A stretch of 64,000 bases of DNA from NCBI RefSeq assembly GCF_963921235.1, contig NC_086108.1:111974001-112038000 (forward strand). Reading direction: 5' to 3'. The notes under the pieces are model-generated. The model was not told where the DNA came from. It worked only from the letters and a program-made list of their open reading frames with translations, and did no database searches. Position numbers and translations under genes: made by a program. Below are positions 51,486-64,000 of the stretch, piece after piece (within the stretch, counting starts at the first letter, position 1; each line of letters opens with the position of its first letter). The stretch comes from Mobula hypostoma (lineage: Eukaryota).

Positions 51486-54197
51486 CTTGAATAAAAATAA
51501 AACTGCCACCTGAGGTAATGGAAACATCAAAGTCTCATACAATAATATAGATTTGCATAGCATATAGCATTACAAAGAACAATTACAAGAAGGTCTTTAC
51601 AAAGAAGGCACGGCAGCACCTCTACTTTCTTAGAAGTTTGCACAGATTCAGCAAGTTATCTAAAACTTTGTCAAATGTCTATAGATGCACAGTGCAGAGT
51701 ATACTGACTGGTTGCCTCATGGCCTAGTATAGAGATACCAATACCCAGGAACAGATAAATCTAAAGATGGTGGTGGATTACAGCCCAGTCAATCACAGCC
51801 CTCCCCATCACTGGGCACATCTTCGAGGAGCACTGCCACAAGAAAGCAGCATCCATCATCAAGGACCCCCTCTATCCATTCAAGAGCTCTTCCCACAGGA
51901 AGGAGTTACAGGATCCTTGTGTCCCACACCACCAGGTTCAGAAACAGCTAATGCCCCTCAACCATCAGGAAGGAGATACAGGAGCCTCAGGTCCCACACT
52001 ACCAGGTTCAGGGACAGTTATTACCTCTCAACCATCAGACTCCCAAACCAACATGAGTAATCTCACTCAACTCAACACTGAACTGTTCCACAACCTACAG
52101 ACTCACTCTCAAGGACTCTACAACTCATGTTCTCAGTAATTTGTATTTGTTTTTATTTATAGAATTTGTCTTCTTTTGCACATTGGTTGTTTATCAGTCT
52201 TTGTTTATGCATAGTTTTCATAAATTCCCTTATACTGCATTTCTGTTTTTCTGCAAACGCCTTCAGGAAAATGTCGTGTATGGTGACATTTATTTTTGAT
52301 CATCAATTTACTTTGAAGGTTTTGAACTTTTAACACTGAACAGAGAACGGTACAGCGCAGAAACAGGCCCTTCAGCCCACAATATCTACCCCAAACATGA
52401 AGCCGAATCCAGCTACATCTCTACGGTCTGCACATGATTCATTTCCCTCTATGTGTCTCTCTAACAGCCTCTTCAATGCCACGTTCATATCTGCTTCCGA
52501 ATTACTTCATGTACTGAAGTAGTTCATTGTAAAATTATTGGTTTTCCGGCATATCCAATGATGACAGGAGGCCTGTGCAGGAGAGTTTTTAAAGTGGAAA
52601 CACGGGAATAGTTCCACCCTCTCGACTTCAGAAGTCCGGGTCCACTGGTACAAGTAGTCGTCTCAGTTGGAGTATTCCTTGGTTGCAGTGGATGACCATG
52701 ACTTCTGTACCTCGTCAGGACCTTCACTCTCCACGGAGCGCTGCAGGATCGTCTCCCTGGCTATTGAATCCCATCCACCCAGTCCGCCAGAGCTGACTTC
52801 ACATGCTAGGACAAACATATGTCTACCTCACTGGGGTATGAGGCCCACCAGCTGCCCTCACCTTGTTTAGCCACCACTCAAAGCGGTGTGGCCCCTCCCA
52901 TGCAAACAGCTTCCTGCACCGTAGGTGTGAGCTGACTGTTTAGTGGCACCAAAAGTAAGTGCTGTGCCCCAGAATGGACACGACAACCCCCTTCACCAGA
53001 GGAGCTACCCCTCCCTGGACACCCCATTCTCCCCTAATATCATTAAGGAATATACTTTTCTCCTGGGTCTGAGGTCGAGTTGGCGGTAGACGCATTCAAC
53101 CTGCAGATTATTTTGCTGACTTTTGAAGAAGCACAGTCTGCAGAAGGAAGATTAAGAGAATGGGTGAAGAAGCGCCAGATGGAATACGGTGTAGGGAAGT
53201 GCGTGTTCATGCACTTTGGTAGAAGGAATAAAGGCACAGACAGTTTTCTAAATGGGGGGCTAATTCAGAAATCAAAGGTGTCAAGGGATTTGAGACTCCA
53301 CGTGCAGGATTTCCTAAAGGTTAATCTGCTGTTTGATCGGAGGTGAGGAAGGCAAATGCAATTCCTTGGCATTCATTTTGAGAGGACTTGAATACAAGAG
53401 CAAGGATGTAATGCTCGAATTGAATTAATTAAATTTATTACCTTCATACATCCTTCTTTTGGCCAGACATGCCCTGCACAAAAAGGACAGGTTGCACTTG
53501 AATCTGAGGGGGACCAATATCCTGGGGGGGAGGTTTGCTGAGGCTATTGGGGAGAGTTTAAATTAGAATTGCTGGGGTGTGGGAACCAAACTGAAGAGAC
53601 AGAGGAAGGGATGGTTGGCTCACAAATCGAGAAAGCTTGTAGACAGTGTGAGCGGGAGGATAAGCAGGTGATAGAGAAGGGATGCGCTCAGACTGATGGT
53701 TTGAGACGAGTCTATTTTAATGCAAGAAGCATCATGAACAAAGCGGATGAGCTTAGAGCGTGGATTAATACTTGGAGCTATGATGTGGCCGTTACAGAGA
53801 CTTGCATGGATCAGGGGAGGGAATGGCTACCTGGAGTGCCAGGTGTTAAATGTTTCAGAAAGGACAGGGAGGGAGGCAAAAGAGGTGGGGGCGTAGCACT
53901 GCTGATCAGAGATAGCATCACGGCTGCAGAAAAGGAGGAAGACATGGAGGGATTATCTACGCGGTCTCTGTGGGTGGAAATTAAGAACAAGAAGGGGTCA
54001 ATAACTCGACTGAGTGTTTTTTATAGACCACCCAGTAGAAATAGGGACATCATGTAGCAGATAGGGAGATAGATTCTGGAAAGGACACCTTTGTTTGTCA
54101 TGCTGGGAGATCTTCATTTCCCAAATATTGATTAGCATCTCCCTAGAGCAAGGGGTTTAGATGGGGTGGAGTTTGTTAGGTGTGTTCAGGAAGGTTT

Positions 54198-55484
54198 AGA
54201 GAATCATGGTCTGATCAGGGACAGTCAGCATGGCTTTGTGAAGGGCAGATCGTGTCTAACAAGCCTGATAGAGTTCTTTGAGGAGGTGACCAGGCATATA
54301 GATGAGGGTAGTGCAGTGGATGTGATCTATATGGATTTTAGTAAGGCATTTGACAAGGTTCCACACGGTAGGCTTATTCAGAAAGTGAGAAGGCATGGGA
54401 TCCAGGGAAGTTTGGCCAGGTGGATTCAGAATTGGCTTGCCTGCAGAAGGCAGAGGGTCGGGGTGGAGGGAGTACGTTCGGATTGGAGGGTTGTGACTAG
54501 TGGTGTCCCACAAGGATCTGTTCTGGGATCTCTACTTTTCGTGGTTTTTATTAATGACCTGGATGTGGGGGTAGAGGGGTGGGTTGGCAAGTTTGCAGAC
54601 GACACAAAGGTTGGTGGTGTTTTAGGTAGTGTGGAGGATTGTCGAAGATTGCAGAGAGACGTTGATAGGATGCAGAAGTGGGCTGAGAAGTGGCAGATGG
54701 AGTTCAACCCGGAGAAGTGTGAGGTGGTACACTTTGGAAGGACAAACTCCAAGGCAGACTACAAAGTAACTGGCAGGATACTTGGTAATGTGGAGGAGCA
54801 GAGAGATCTGGGAGTACATGTCCACAGATCCCTGAAAATTGCCTCACAGTTAGATAGGGTAGTTAAGAAAGCTTATGGGGTGTTAGCTTTCATAAGTCGA
54901 GGGATAGAGTTTAAGAGTTGCAATGTAATGATGCAGCTCTATAAAACTCTGGTTAGGCCACACTTGGAGTACTTTGTCCAATTCTGGTTGCCTCACTATA
55001 GGAAGGATGTGGAAGCATTGGAAAAGGTACAGAGGAGATTTACGAGGATGCTGCCTGGTTTTGAGAGTAGGCATTATGATCAGAGATTAAGGGAGCTAGG
55101 GCTTTACTCTTTGGAGAGAAGGAGGAGGAGAGGAGACATGATTGAGGTGTACAAGATAATAAGAGGAATAGATAGAGTGGATAGCCAGCGCCTCTTCCCC
55201 AGGGCACCACAGCTCAATGCAAGAGGACATGGCTTTAAGGTAAGGGGAGGGAAGTTCAAGGGGGATATTAGAGGAAGGTTTTTTGACTCAGAGAGTGGTT
55301 GGTGTGTGGAATACACTGCCTGAGTCAGTGGTGGAGGCAGATACACTCGTGAAGTTTAAGAGACTACTAGACAGATAAATGGAGGAATTTAAGTTGGGGT
55401 GTTATATGGGAGGCAGGGTTTGAGGGTTGGCACAACATTGTGGGCCGAAGGGCCTGTAATGTGCTGTACTATTCTATGTTCTAT
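54198..55484 (+). mobile_element. Young 5'-truncated CR1 (uninterrupted RT frame), nested, with 7-bp TSD
   Basis: ORF 54166-55323; aaggttt at 54191-54197 and 55485-55491; ttctatgttctat tail. Confidence 0.9.
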
Positions 55485-56309
55485 AAGGTTTCCTGACACA
55501 ATATGTCGATAAGCCTACAAGAGGAGAGGCTGTACTTGATCTGGTATTGGGAAATGAACCTTGTCAGGTGTCAGTGGGAGAGCATTTTGAAGATAGTGAT
55601 CACAATTCTATCTCTTTTACCATAGCATTGGAGAGGGATAGCAACAGACAAGTTAGGAAAGCGTTTAACTGGAGAAGGGAGAAAATAAAGCTATCAGGCA
55701 GGAACTTGGAAGCATAAATTAAGAACAGATGTTCTTAGGGAAATGTACAGCAGAAATGTGGCAAATGTTCAGGGGATATTTGAATAGGTACGTTCCAATG
55801 GGACATGGAAAGGATGGAAGGGTACAGGAACCGTGGTGGACAAAGGCTGTTGGAAATCTAGTCAACAAGAAAAGAAAAGCTTATGAAAGGTTCAAAAAAA
55901 AGTTAATAATAGAGATCTAGAAAATTATAATGCTAACAGGAAGGAGTTTAAGAATGAAATTAGAAGAGCCAGAAGGGGCCATGAGAAGGCCTTGGCAAGC
56001 AAGATTAAGGAAAGCCCCAAGGCATTCTACAGTTATGTGAAGAGCAAGAGGATAAGACGTGAGAGAATAGGACCAATCAAGTGAGACAGTGTAGAAGTGT
56101 GTATGGAACCAGAGGAGATAGCGGGGGTACTTAATTAATACTTTGCTTCAGTATTCACTACGAAAAAGGACCTTGTTGATTGTCGGGACGACTTGCAGCA
56201 GACTGAAAAGCTTGAGCATATAGACATTAAGAAAGAGGATGTGCTGGAGCTTTTGGAATCATCAAGTTGGATAAGTTGGATCAAGTTGGAACAAGTTGGA
56301 TCAATTCCA

Positions 56310-58307
56310 AAGAAGGAACATGCAAATTAGCCAGAATAAGCGGCACACCTGAGGACTGGGAGAAATTCAGAGTCCAGCAGAGGAGGACAAAGGACTTAGT
56401 TAGGAAAGAGGGAAAAAGAGAAAACTGGCAGGGAACATAAAAACTGACTGTAAAAGCTTTTATAGGTATGTGAAAAGAAAAAGATTAGTTAAAACAAATA
56501 TAGGTCCCTTACAGTCAGAAACAGGTGAATTGATTATGGGGAACAAGGATGTGGCAGACCAATTGAATAACTACTTTGGTTCTGTCTTCACTAAGGAAGA
56601 CATAAATAATCTTCCGGAAATAGTAGGGGACCGAGGGTCTAGTTAGCTGGAGGAACTGAGGGAAATACACATTAGTAGGGAAGTGGTGTTAGGTAAATTG
56701 AAGGGATTAAAGGCAGATAAATCCCCAGGGCCAGATGGTCTGCATCCCAGAGTGCTTAAGGAAGTAGCCCAAGAAATAGTGGCTGCATTAGTGATAATTT
56801 TTCAAAACTCTTTAGATTCTGGATTAGTTCCTGAGGATTGGAGGGTGGCTAATGTAACCCCAGTTTTTAAAAAAGGAGGGAGAGAGAAATTGGGGAATTA
56901 TAGACCGGTGAGCCTGACATCGGTGGTGGGGAAAATGCTAGACTCAGTTATCAAAGATGTGATAACAGCACATTTGGAAAGCGGTGAAATCATCGGACAA
57001 AGTCAGCATGGATTTGTGAAAGGAAAATCATGTCTGACGAATCTCACAGAATTTTTTGAGGATGTAACTAGTAGAGTGGATAGGGGAGAACCAGTGGATG
57101 TTGTATGTTTGGATTTTCAAAAGGCTTTTGACAAGGTCCCATACAGGAGATTAGTGTGCAAACTTAAAGCACACAGTATTGGGGGTAAGGTATTGATGTG
57201 GATAGAGAATTGGTTGGCAGACAGGAAGCAAAGAGTGGGAATAAACGGGACCTTTTCAGAATGGCAGGTAGTGACTAGTGGGGTACCGCAAGGCTCAGTG
57301 CTGGGATCCCAGTTGTTTACAATATATATTAATGACTTGGATGAGGGAATTAAATGCAGCATCTCCAAGTTTGCAGATGACACGAAGCTGGGCGGCAGTG
57401 TTACCTGTGAGGAGGATGCTAAGAGGATGCAGGGTGACTTGGATAGGTTAGGTGAGTGGGCAAATTCATGGCAGATGCAATTTAATGTGGATAAATGTGA
57501 GGTTATTCACTTTGGTGGCAAGAACAGGAAAACAGATTATTATCTGAATGGTGGCCGATTAGGAAAAGGGGAAGTGCAACGAGACCTGGGTGTCATTGTA
57601 CACCAGTCATTGAAAGTGGGCATGCAGGTACAGCAGGCGGTGAAAAAGGCGAATGGTATGCTGGCATTTATAGCAAGAAGATTCGAGTACAGGAGTAGGG
57701 AGGTACTACTGCAGTTGTACAAGGCCTTGGTGAGACCACACCTGGAGTATTGTGTGCAGTTTGGGTCCCCTAATCTGAGGAAAGGCATTCTTGCCATAGA
57801 GGGAGTACAAAGAAAGTTCACCAGATTGATTCCTGGGATGGCAAGACTTTCATATGTTGAAAGACTGGATCAACTAGGCTTATACTCTCTGGAATTTAGA
57901 AGATTGAGGGGGGATCTTATTGAAACGTATAAAATCCTAAAGGGATTGGACAGGCTAGATGCAGGAAGATTGTTCCCGATGTTGGGGAAGTCCAGAACTT
58001 CAAACAGTCACAGTTTGAAGATAAAGGGGAAGCCTTTTCGGACCGAGATGAGGAAAAACTTCTTCACACAGAGAGTGGTGAATCTGTGGAATTCTCTGCC
58101 ACAGGAAACAGTTGAGGCCAGTTCATTGGCTATATTTAAGAGGGAGTTAGATATGCCCCTTGTGGCTAAAGGGATCGGGGGTATGGAGGGAAGGCTGGTG
58201 CAGGGTTCTGAGTTGGATGATCAGCCATGATCATACTGAATGGCGGTGCAGGCTCAAAGGGCTGAATGGCCTACTCCTGCACCTATTTTCTATGTTTCTA
58301 TGTTTCT
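56310..58307 (+). mobile_element. Young 5'-truncated CR1 with an uninterrupted 515-aa RT frame, nested
   Basis: ORF 56683-58230 (KSPGPDG...NYRPVSLTS...GVPQGSVLG...KFADDTK); (tttctatg)n tail. Confidence 0.92.
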
Positions 58308-60339
58308 AAGTCACCAGGACGGGACAGTTTATACCCCAGACTACTGTGGGAGGTGAGGGAGGAGATTGCTGAGCCTCTGATGATGATCTTTGCATCATCA
58401 ATGAGGACGGGAGAGGTTCTGGAGGATTGGAGGGTTGTGGATGTTGTTCCATTATTCAAGAAAGGGAGTAGAGATAGCCCAGGAAATTATAGACCAGTGA
58501 GTCTTACTTCAGTGGTTGGTAAGTTGATGGAGAAGATCCTGAGAGGCAGGATTTATGAACATTTGGAGAGGTATAATATGATTAGGAATAGTCAGCTTGG
58601 CTTTGTCAAGGGCAGGTCATGCCTCACGAGCCTGACTGGATTTTTTGAGAGTGTGACTAAACACATTGATGAAGGTAGAGCTGTAGATGTCGTGTATATG
58701 AATTTCAAGGCATTTGATAAGGTACCCCATGCAAGGCTTATTGAGATCCTATATAGCTGTAACATTACATCTCAGCTCTTGAACTCAATCCCACGGTTAA
58801 TGAAGGCCAATGCACCGTATGCCTTCTTAACCACATGGTCAACCTGCGCAGCTGCTTTGAATGTCCTATGGATCTCTCTGATCCTCCACACTGCCAAGAG
58901 TCTTACAATTAATACTATATTCTGTATCATATTTGACCTACCAAAATGAACCACCTCACACTTATCTGGGTTGAACTCCATCTGCCACTTCTCAGCCCAG
59001 TTTTGCATCCTATCAATGTCCTGCTGTAACCTTTGCAGCACTCAACACTATCCACAACACCTCCAACCTTTGTGTCATCAGCAAATTTACTAACCCATCC
59101 ATCCACTTCCTTATCCAGGTCATTTATAAAAATTATGAAGAGTAAGGGTCCCAGAACAGATCCTTGAGGCACACCACTGGTCACTAACCTCCATGCAGAA
59201 TATGACCAGTCTACAACCACTCTTTGCCTTCTGTGGGCAAGCCAATTCTGGATCCACAAAGCAAGGTCCCGTTGGATCCCATGCCTCCTTACTTTGTTGT
59301 CAGACCCCACTTGGAGTACTGTGCTCAGTTCTGGTTACCTCACTACAGGAAGGATGTGGAAACCATAAAATGGGTGCAGAGAAGATTTACAAGGATGTTG
59401 CCTGGATTGGGGAGCATGCCTTATGAGAATAGGTTGAGTGAACTTGGCCTTTTTCTCCCTGGAGCGACAAAGGATGAGAGGTGACCCGATAGAGGTGTAT
59501 AAAATGATGAGAGGCATTGATCGTGTGGATCGTCAGAGGCTTTATCCCAGGGCTGAAATGGCTAACACGAGAGGGCACAGTTTTAAAGTGCTTGGAAGTA
59601 GGTACAGAGGAGATGTCAGGGGTAAGTTTTTTTATGCAGAGGATGGTGAGTGCGTGGAATGGGCTGCCGGCGACGGTAATGGAGGAGATACTATAGGGTC
59701 TTTTAAGAGACTCCTGGAAAGGTGCATTGAGCTTAGAGAAATAGAGGGCTCTGGGTAACCCTAAGTAATTTCTGAAGTAAGTACATGTTCAGCACAGCAT
59801 TGTGGGCCGAAGGGCCTGTATTGTGATGTAAGTTTTCTATGATTCTATATACATGAGGATTAAAAATCTTTATGTTACGTCTCTGTCTAAGTGTGCAATT
59901 TATAATAATTTATCATAAATAGTATGCATAACCAGACAGTCAATATAACATAGAAATACAATTGTATCAGCATGAGTTCATCAGTCTGATGGCCTGATGG
60001 AAGAAGCTGTCCTGGAGCCTTTTGGACCTGGCTTTTATGCTGCAGTACCATTTGCCACCACAAATGAAAGAATTAACATATGAATGAAGGGGGATCACAT
60101 TGAAACTTAACGAATATTGAAAGACCAAGATAGCGTGTTCATATAGAGGATGTTACCTATAGTGGGGGATCTAGCACCATTGGCCACCAACTCAGAAAAG
60201 AGGGGCTTCCTTTCAGAATGGAGATGAGGAGGAATTTCTTTAGCCAGAGGGTGGTGAATCTGTAGACACAGGCGGCTGTGGAGGCCAGGTTGTTGGGTAT
60301 ATTTAGAGCAGAGGATGATAGATTCTTGATTAGACTTAT

Positions 60340-61635
60340 TGAGTCAGAGTACACTACAGCCCAGCAACTGGTCCTTGGACCCATCTAGTCCACGCCGAAC
60401 TATTAATATCCCTTCGACCTGCACTGGGACCATAGCCCTATATACCCCTCCCATTCATGTACCTATCCAAATTTAACTTAAATGTTGAAATCAAACCCAC
60501 ATCGATCCCCCACTGGCAGCTCATCCCACACTCACTACCCTCTGAGTGAAGTTCCCCCTCATGTTCCCTTTAAACATTTCCACTTGTTCTAGTCTCATCC
60601 CACACTCACTACCCTCTGAGTGAAGTTCCCCCTCATGTTCCTTTTCAACATTTCCTCTCATCCAACCTCAGTGGAAGAAGCCTGCTTGCATTTACCCTAT
60701 CTGTACCCTTCATAACATTGTAGACTTCTATCAAATCTCCCCTCATTCTTCTAAGTTCTAAGGAATAGAATCATAAACCTGTTCAACATTACACTATCAC
60801 TTAAGTCCTCAAGTTCTGACAACATCTTTGTAAATTTTCTCTGCACTCTATTAATCTTAATGATTTCTTTCCTGTAGGTAGAACCAGAACTATACTTTAT
60901 ATTCCAAATTAGGCCTCACAATGCCTTATACACTTCAATATTACATCCCAACTCTGGTACTCAATACTCTATTTACTGACTTCAATATTACATCCCAACT
61001 CCGGTACTCAATACTCTATTTACTGACTTCAATAATACATCCCAACTCCGGTACTCAATTCTCTATTTACAAAGGCCAACGTGCTAAAAGCTCTCTTTAT
61101 GATGCTACCTAACTGTGACAACACTTTAAAGGAATTGTGGATATGTATTCATAGAAGTTCTGCTGTACCATAATCCTCGGTGCCCTGCCACTCACTCTGC
61201 AAATCCAACTCAACAGTTTGCCCTCCCAAACTGCAACATCTCACACTTGTCTGCATTAAATTCCAGCCGCCATCTTTTCAGCCTGTTCAGATCCCAGTGC
61301 AAGTTTTTATAGCCCTCCTCATTGCCCATGATGCCCCCAATCTTGGCTAATTTGTTAATCCAGTTCACCACATTATCATCCAGATCATTGACATAGATGA
61401 CAAACAACCACAGACACGGTACCAATCCCTTCAGCACACCATTTGACACAGATGTCCAGTCAGAGAGACAACTATCTTACAACCAACTCTCTGGCTTCTC
61501 CCACAAGGCCAATGTTTCATCCAATTTACTACCTCATTCTGAGTGCCAAGCAACTGAAGCTTCTTGATCAACCTCCCATGTGAGACCTTGTCCAAGGCCT
61601 TGATAAAATCATTCACTTCCTTGTCTTCATCAACT
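60340..61635 (-). mobile_element. Old CR1 fragment with local tandem duplications
   Basis: Minus-strand RT remnants (ORFs 61210-61449 and 61431-61616); about 43-bp triplication at 60935-61070. Confidence 0.7.
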
Positions 61636-61639
61636 TAGT

Positions 61640-62922
61640 AAGATTAGTAGGGGTGCCAGAGGACTGGAAAATTGCAAATGTTCCTCCAATCTTTAAGAAA
61701 GGAAATTATAGACCATTTAGCCTGACCTCAGTGATTGGGAAGATGTCAGAGTCAATTGTTAAGGACGAGGTGATGGAGTATGTGGTAAAACAGGACAAGG
61801 TAGTGCAAAGTCAGCATGGTTTCCTTAAGGGAAAGTCTAACATGGTAGGAGCATTGGCTGATTGGTAAGAGGCAGTGTGTGGGAATAAAAGGATCCTTTT
61901 CTGGTTGGCTGCCAGTGACTAGTGGTGTTCCGCACGGGTCAGTGTTGGGACTACTTCTTTTGATGTTGTATATAAATGATTTAGATGATGGAATAGATGG
62001 CCTTGTTGCCAAGTTTGCAGATGATACGAAGATTGCTGGAGTGGGAGGTAGTGTTGAGGAGAAGGGTAGGATGCAGAATGACTTAGATAGATTGGGAGAA
62101 TGGGCAAGAAAGTGGCAAATGAAATACAATGTTGGAAAATGCATGGTCATGCACTTTGGTAGTAGAAATAAATGTGCAGACTATTTTCAAAATGGGGAGA
62201 AAATCCAGGAATCTGAGATGCAAAGGGACTTGGAGTACTTGTGTAGAACACCCTGAAGATTAACTTGCAGGGTGAGTTGGTGGTGAGGAAGGCAAATGCA
62301 GTATTAGCGTTCATTTCAAGAGGTCTAGAATACAAGAGCAAAGATGTGATGCTGAGGCTTTATAAGGCAATGGTGAGGTCTCAACTTAAGTATTGTGAAC
62401 AGTTTTAGGCTCCTCATCTTAGAAAAGATGTGCTGGCATTGGAGAGGGTCCAGAGGAGGTTCACAAGGATGATTCCAGGAATGAAAGGATTATCATATGA
62501 GGAACATTTGATGGCTCTGGGTCTGTACTCTCTGGAATTCAGGGGGAATCTCATTGAAACCTTTTGAATGTTGAAAGGCCTAGACAGAATACATGTGGAA
62601 AGAATGTTTCCCATGGTGGGAGAGTCTGGGACAAGAGGGCACAGCCTCAGGATAGAAGGGCACCCTTTCAAAACAGAAATGCAATGAAATTTCTTTAGCC
62701 AAAGGGTGATGAATTTTGGAATTTGTTGCCACATGCAGCTGTGGCGACCAGGTTGTTGGGTGTATTTAAGGCAGAGATTGATAGGTTCTTGATTGGACAT
62801 GGCATCAAAGGTTACGGGGAGAAGGCCGAGAACTGGGGTTGAGGAGGAGATAGAAAAAGGATCAGCCATGATTGAATAGTGGAACAGACTCGATGGGCCA
62901 GGTGGCCTCATTCCGCTCCAAA
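61640..62922 (+). mobile_element. CR1 LINE 3' fragment
   Basis: PEDWKIANV...NYRP and VTSGVPHGSVLG...KFADDTK motifs. Confidence 0.85.
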
Positions 62923-62929
62923 TGAAGGT

Positions 62930-63912
62930 GGAGTTAAGATGGCGCTAAACGATGACTCCTTTGCTTGCGTCTTCGGAAACAGCTCTATTCCCATCTATAT
63001 TATCTTTATTTTTCCCTTTCAGGGTTCTTTTGAGGACCCTGATCTGGAGTCGCACGCTGACTTCGGTTCCTTGCGGGAATGGGACCCATTCTTGGGGTTT
63101 CAGGACTGGTGGTTGCCAAGGGTTCGGCCTGAGAGTCTGGCTCGGATTTGGAAGCCAAAGATCTCGGGACTCTGGAGACGGGTGGATCAAGGGTCAGTGT
63201 CACAACAGGAGACCCCTGTGTCGTTGGGAGAGTCAGGATATCTACTGTGGGCCTGAAGACCTGGGATCTTTGTGATCTTTAAAAATGGTGGGAGGAGAGA
63301 GAGCAGCGCACCTGCGCGTGTACAGCCCTCTGGTGAAAAATGATATCGTATCTGTTAAATAGGGGCCGTGGATAATTCTGATTTGATGGAGAGGGACGTG
63401 AAAGCACAGAGGAACATCTGGAGAAATTTCTGAAACGCTCATTCGCTGCTGTCGTTACTGCGTAGTCGGGAATCTTTTGGAGGGAAGGCCTCAAAATCCC
63501 CGGCTTTGCCTGCTGTTGGCGACCAAGGTTGAGGACGAATGGTTCGGACAGAGATGGCGCTCAGTACTCGGTGTCGGACAGCTGATCAGAGTTTGAAGTT
63601 TTCGGATGACCCAGAGTCGGACTGTGGTCGGTATGGCAGGGAGAGTTCTTCCTTCTCCTGTCTGTGTGAGATGTGGGACATTTGAGAGACTTTGAACTTT
63701 ACTGTGCTCATGGACTTCTTCATCAAGTTATGGTATTTGTGCACTGTTGTAACTATTTGTTATAATTATGTGGTTTTGTCAGTTTTTTCAGTCTTGGTCT
63801 GACCTGTGTTTTGTGATATCACACCGGAGGAAATATTGTATCATTTCTTAATGCATGCATTACTAAATGACAATAAAAGAGGACTACGTGTCTTCATAAT
63901 CTAATCTAATCT
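62930..63912 (+). mobile_element. Non-autonomous retroposon with AAGATGGCG start and (TAATC)n tail
   Basis: The 3' half is the reverse complement homologue of 8515-9170; no credible protein ORF. Confidence 0.65.
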
Positions 63913-64000
63913 TTGGGCACAAAGCTTGAAAATAGCGATGTAACAAACTTTTTAACATCATAAACCAGCAGGTTGTTTGTTATCTCTCCCCGCTCACAGG

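Larger units (their letters stand above)
53455..59850 (+). mobile_element. Near full-length CR1 ORF2 (endonuclease to RT) hosting two younger CR1 insertions and an internal inversion
   Basis: Endonuclease motifs YFNARSIMNK...AVTET...GGGVALLI...FYRPP (ORF 53569-54057). The host continues at 55485-56280, 58308-58745 and 59299-59850. Confidence 0.88.

Noticed and set aside
56683..58230. 515-aa RT ORF as a domesticated host gene or prokaryotic retron-like system
   Set aside because: Standard 5'-truncated CR1 ORF2 with its tail, nested in another CR1.

Overview
Eukaryotic, repeat-saturated vertebrate DNA. The CR1, Rex1/Babar, Penelope and Tigger repeats suggest a cartilaginous fish, probably a ray; this is inference. 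Most ORF-track entries are decayed transposon fragments. The only host genes I can support form a cluster of di-N-acetylchitobiase (CTBS, GH18)-like paralogues. Copy A contributes its last exon (+, 3820-4017). Copy B is nearly complete (+, six exons, 10458-37379, 318 aa if spliced as modelled). Copy C is an isolated inverted exon 2 (-, 51347-51485). In copy B the catalytic motif MDGINIDIE reads MDGIYLNVP, and I found no exon 6. Exon 2 differs more between paralogues than the adjacent intron does, with changes clustered in loops. Together this points to an expanded, fast-evolving, probably non-catalytic chitobiase-like family. Penelope-derived minimal hammerhead ribozyme motifs occur throughout, one in the probable 3' UTR of copy A. 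Human CTBS comparisons are from memory and all counts are by hand.
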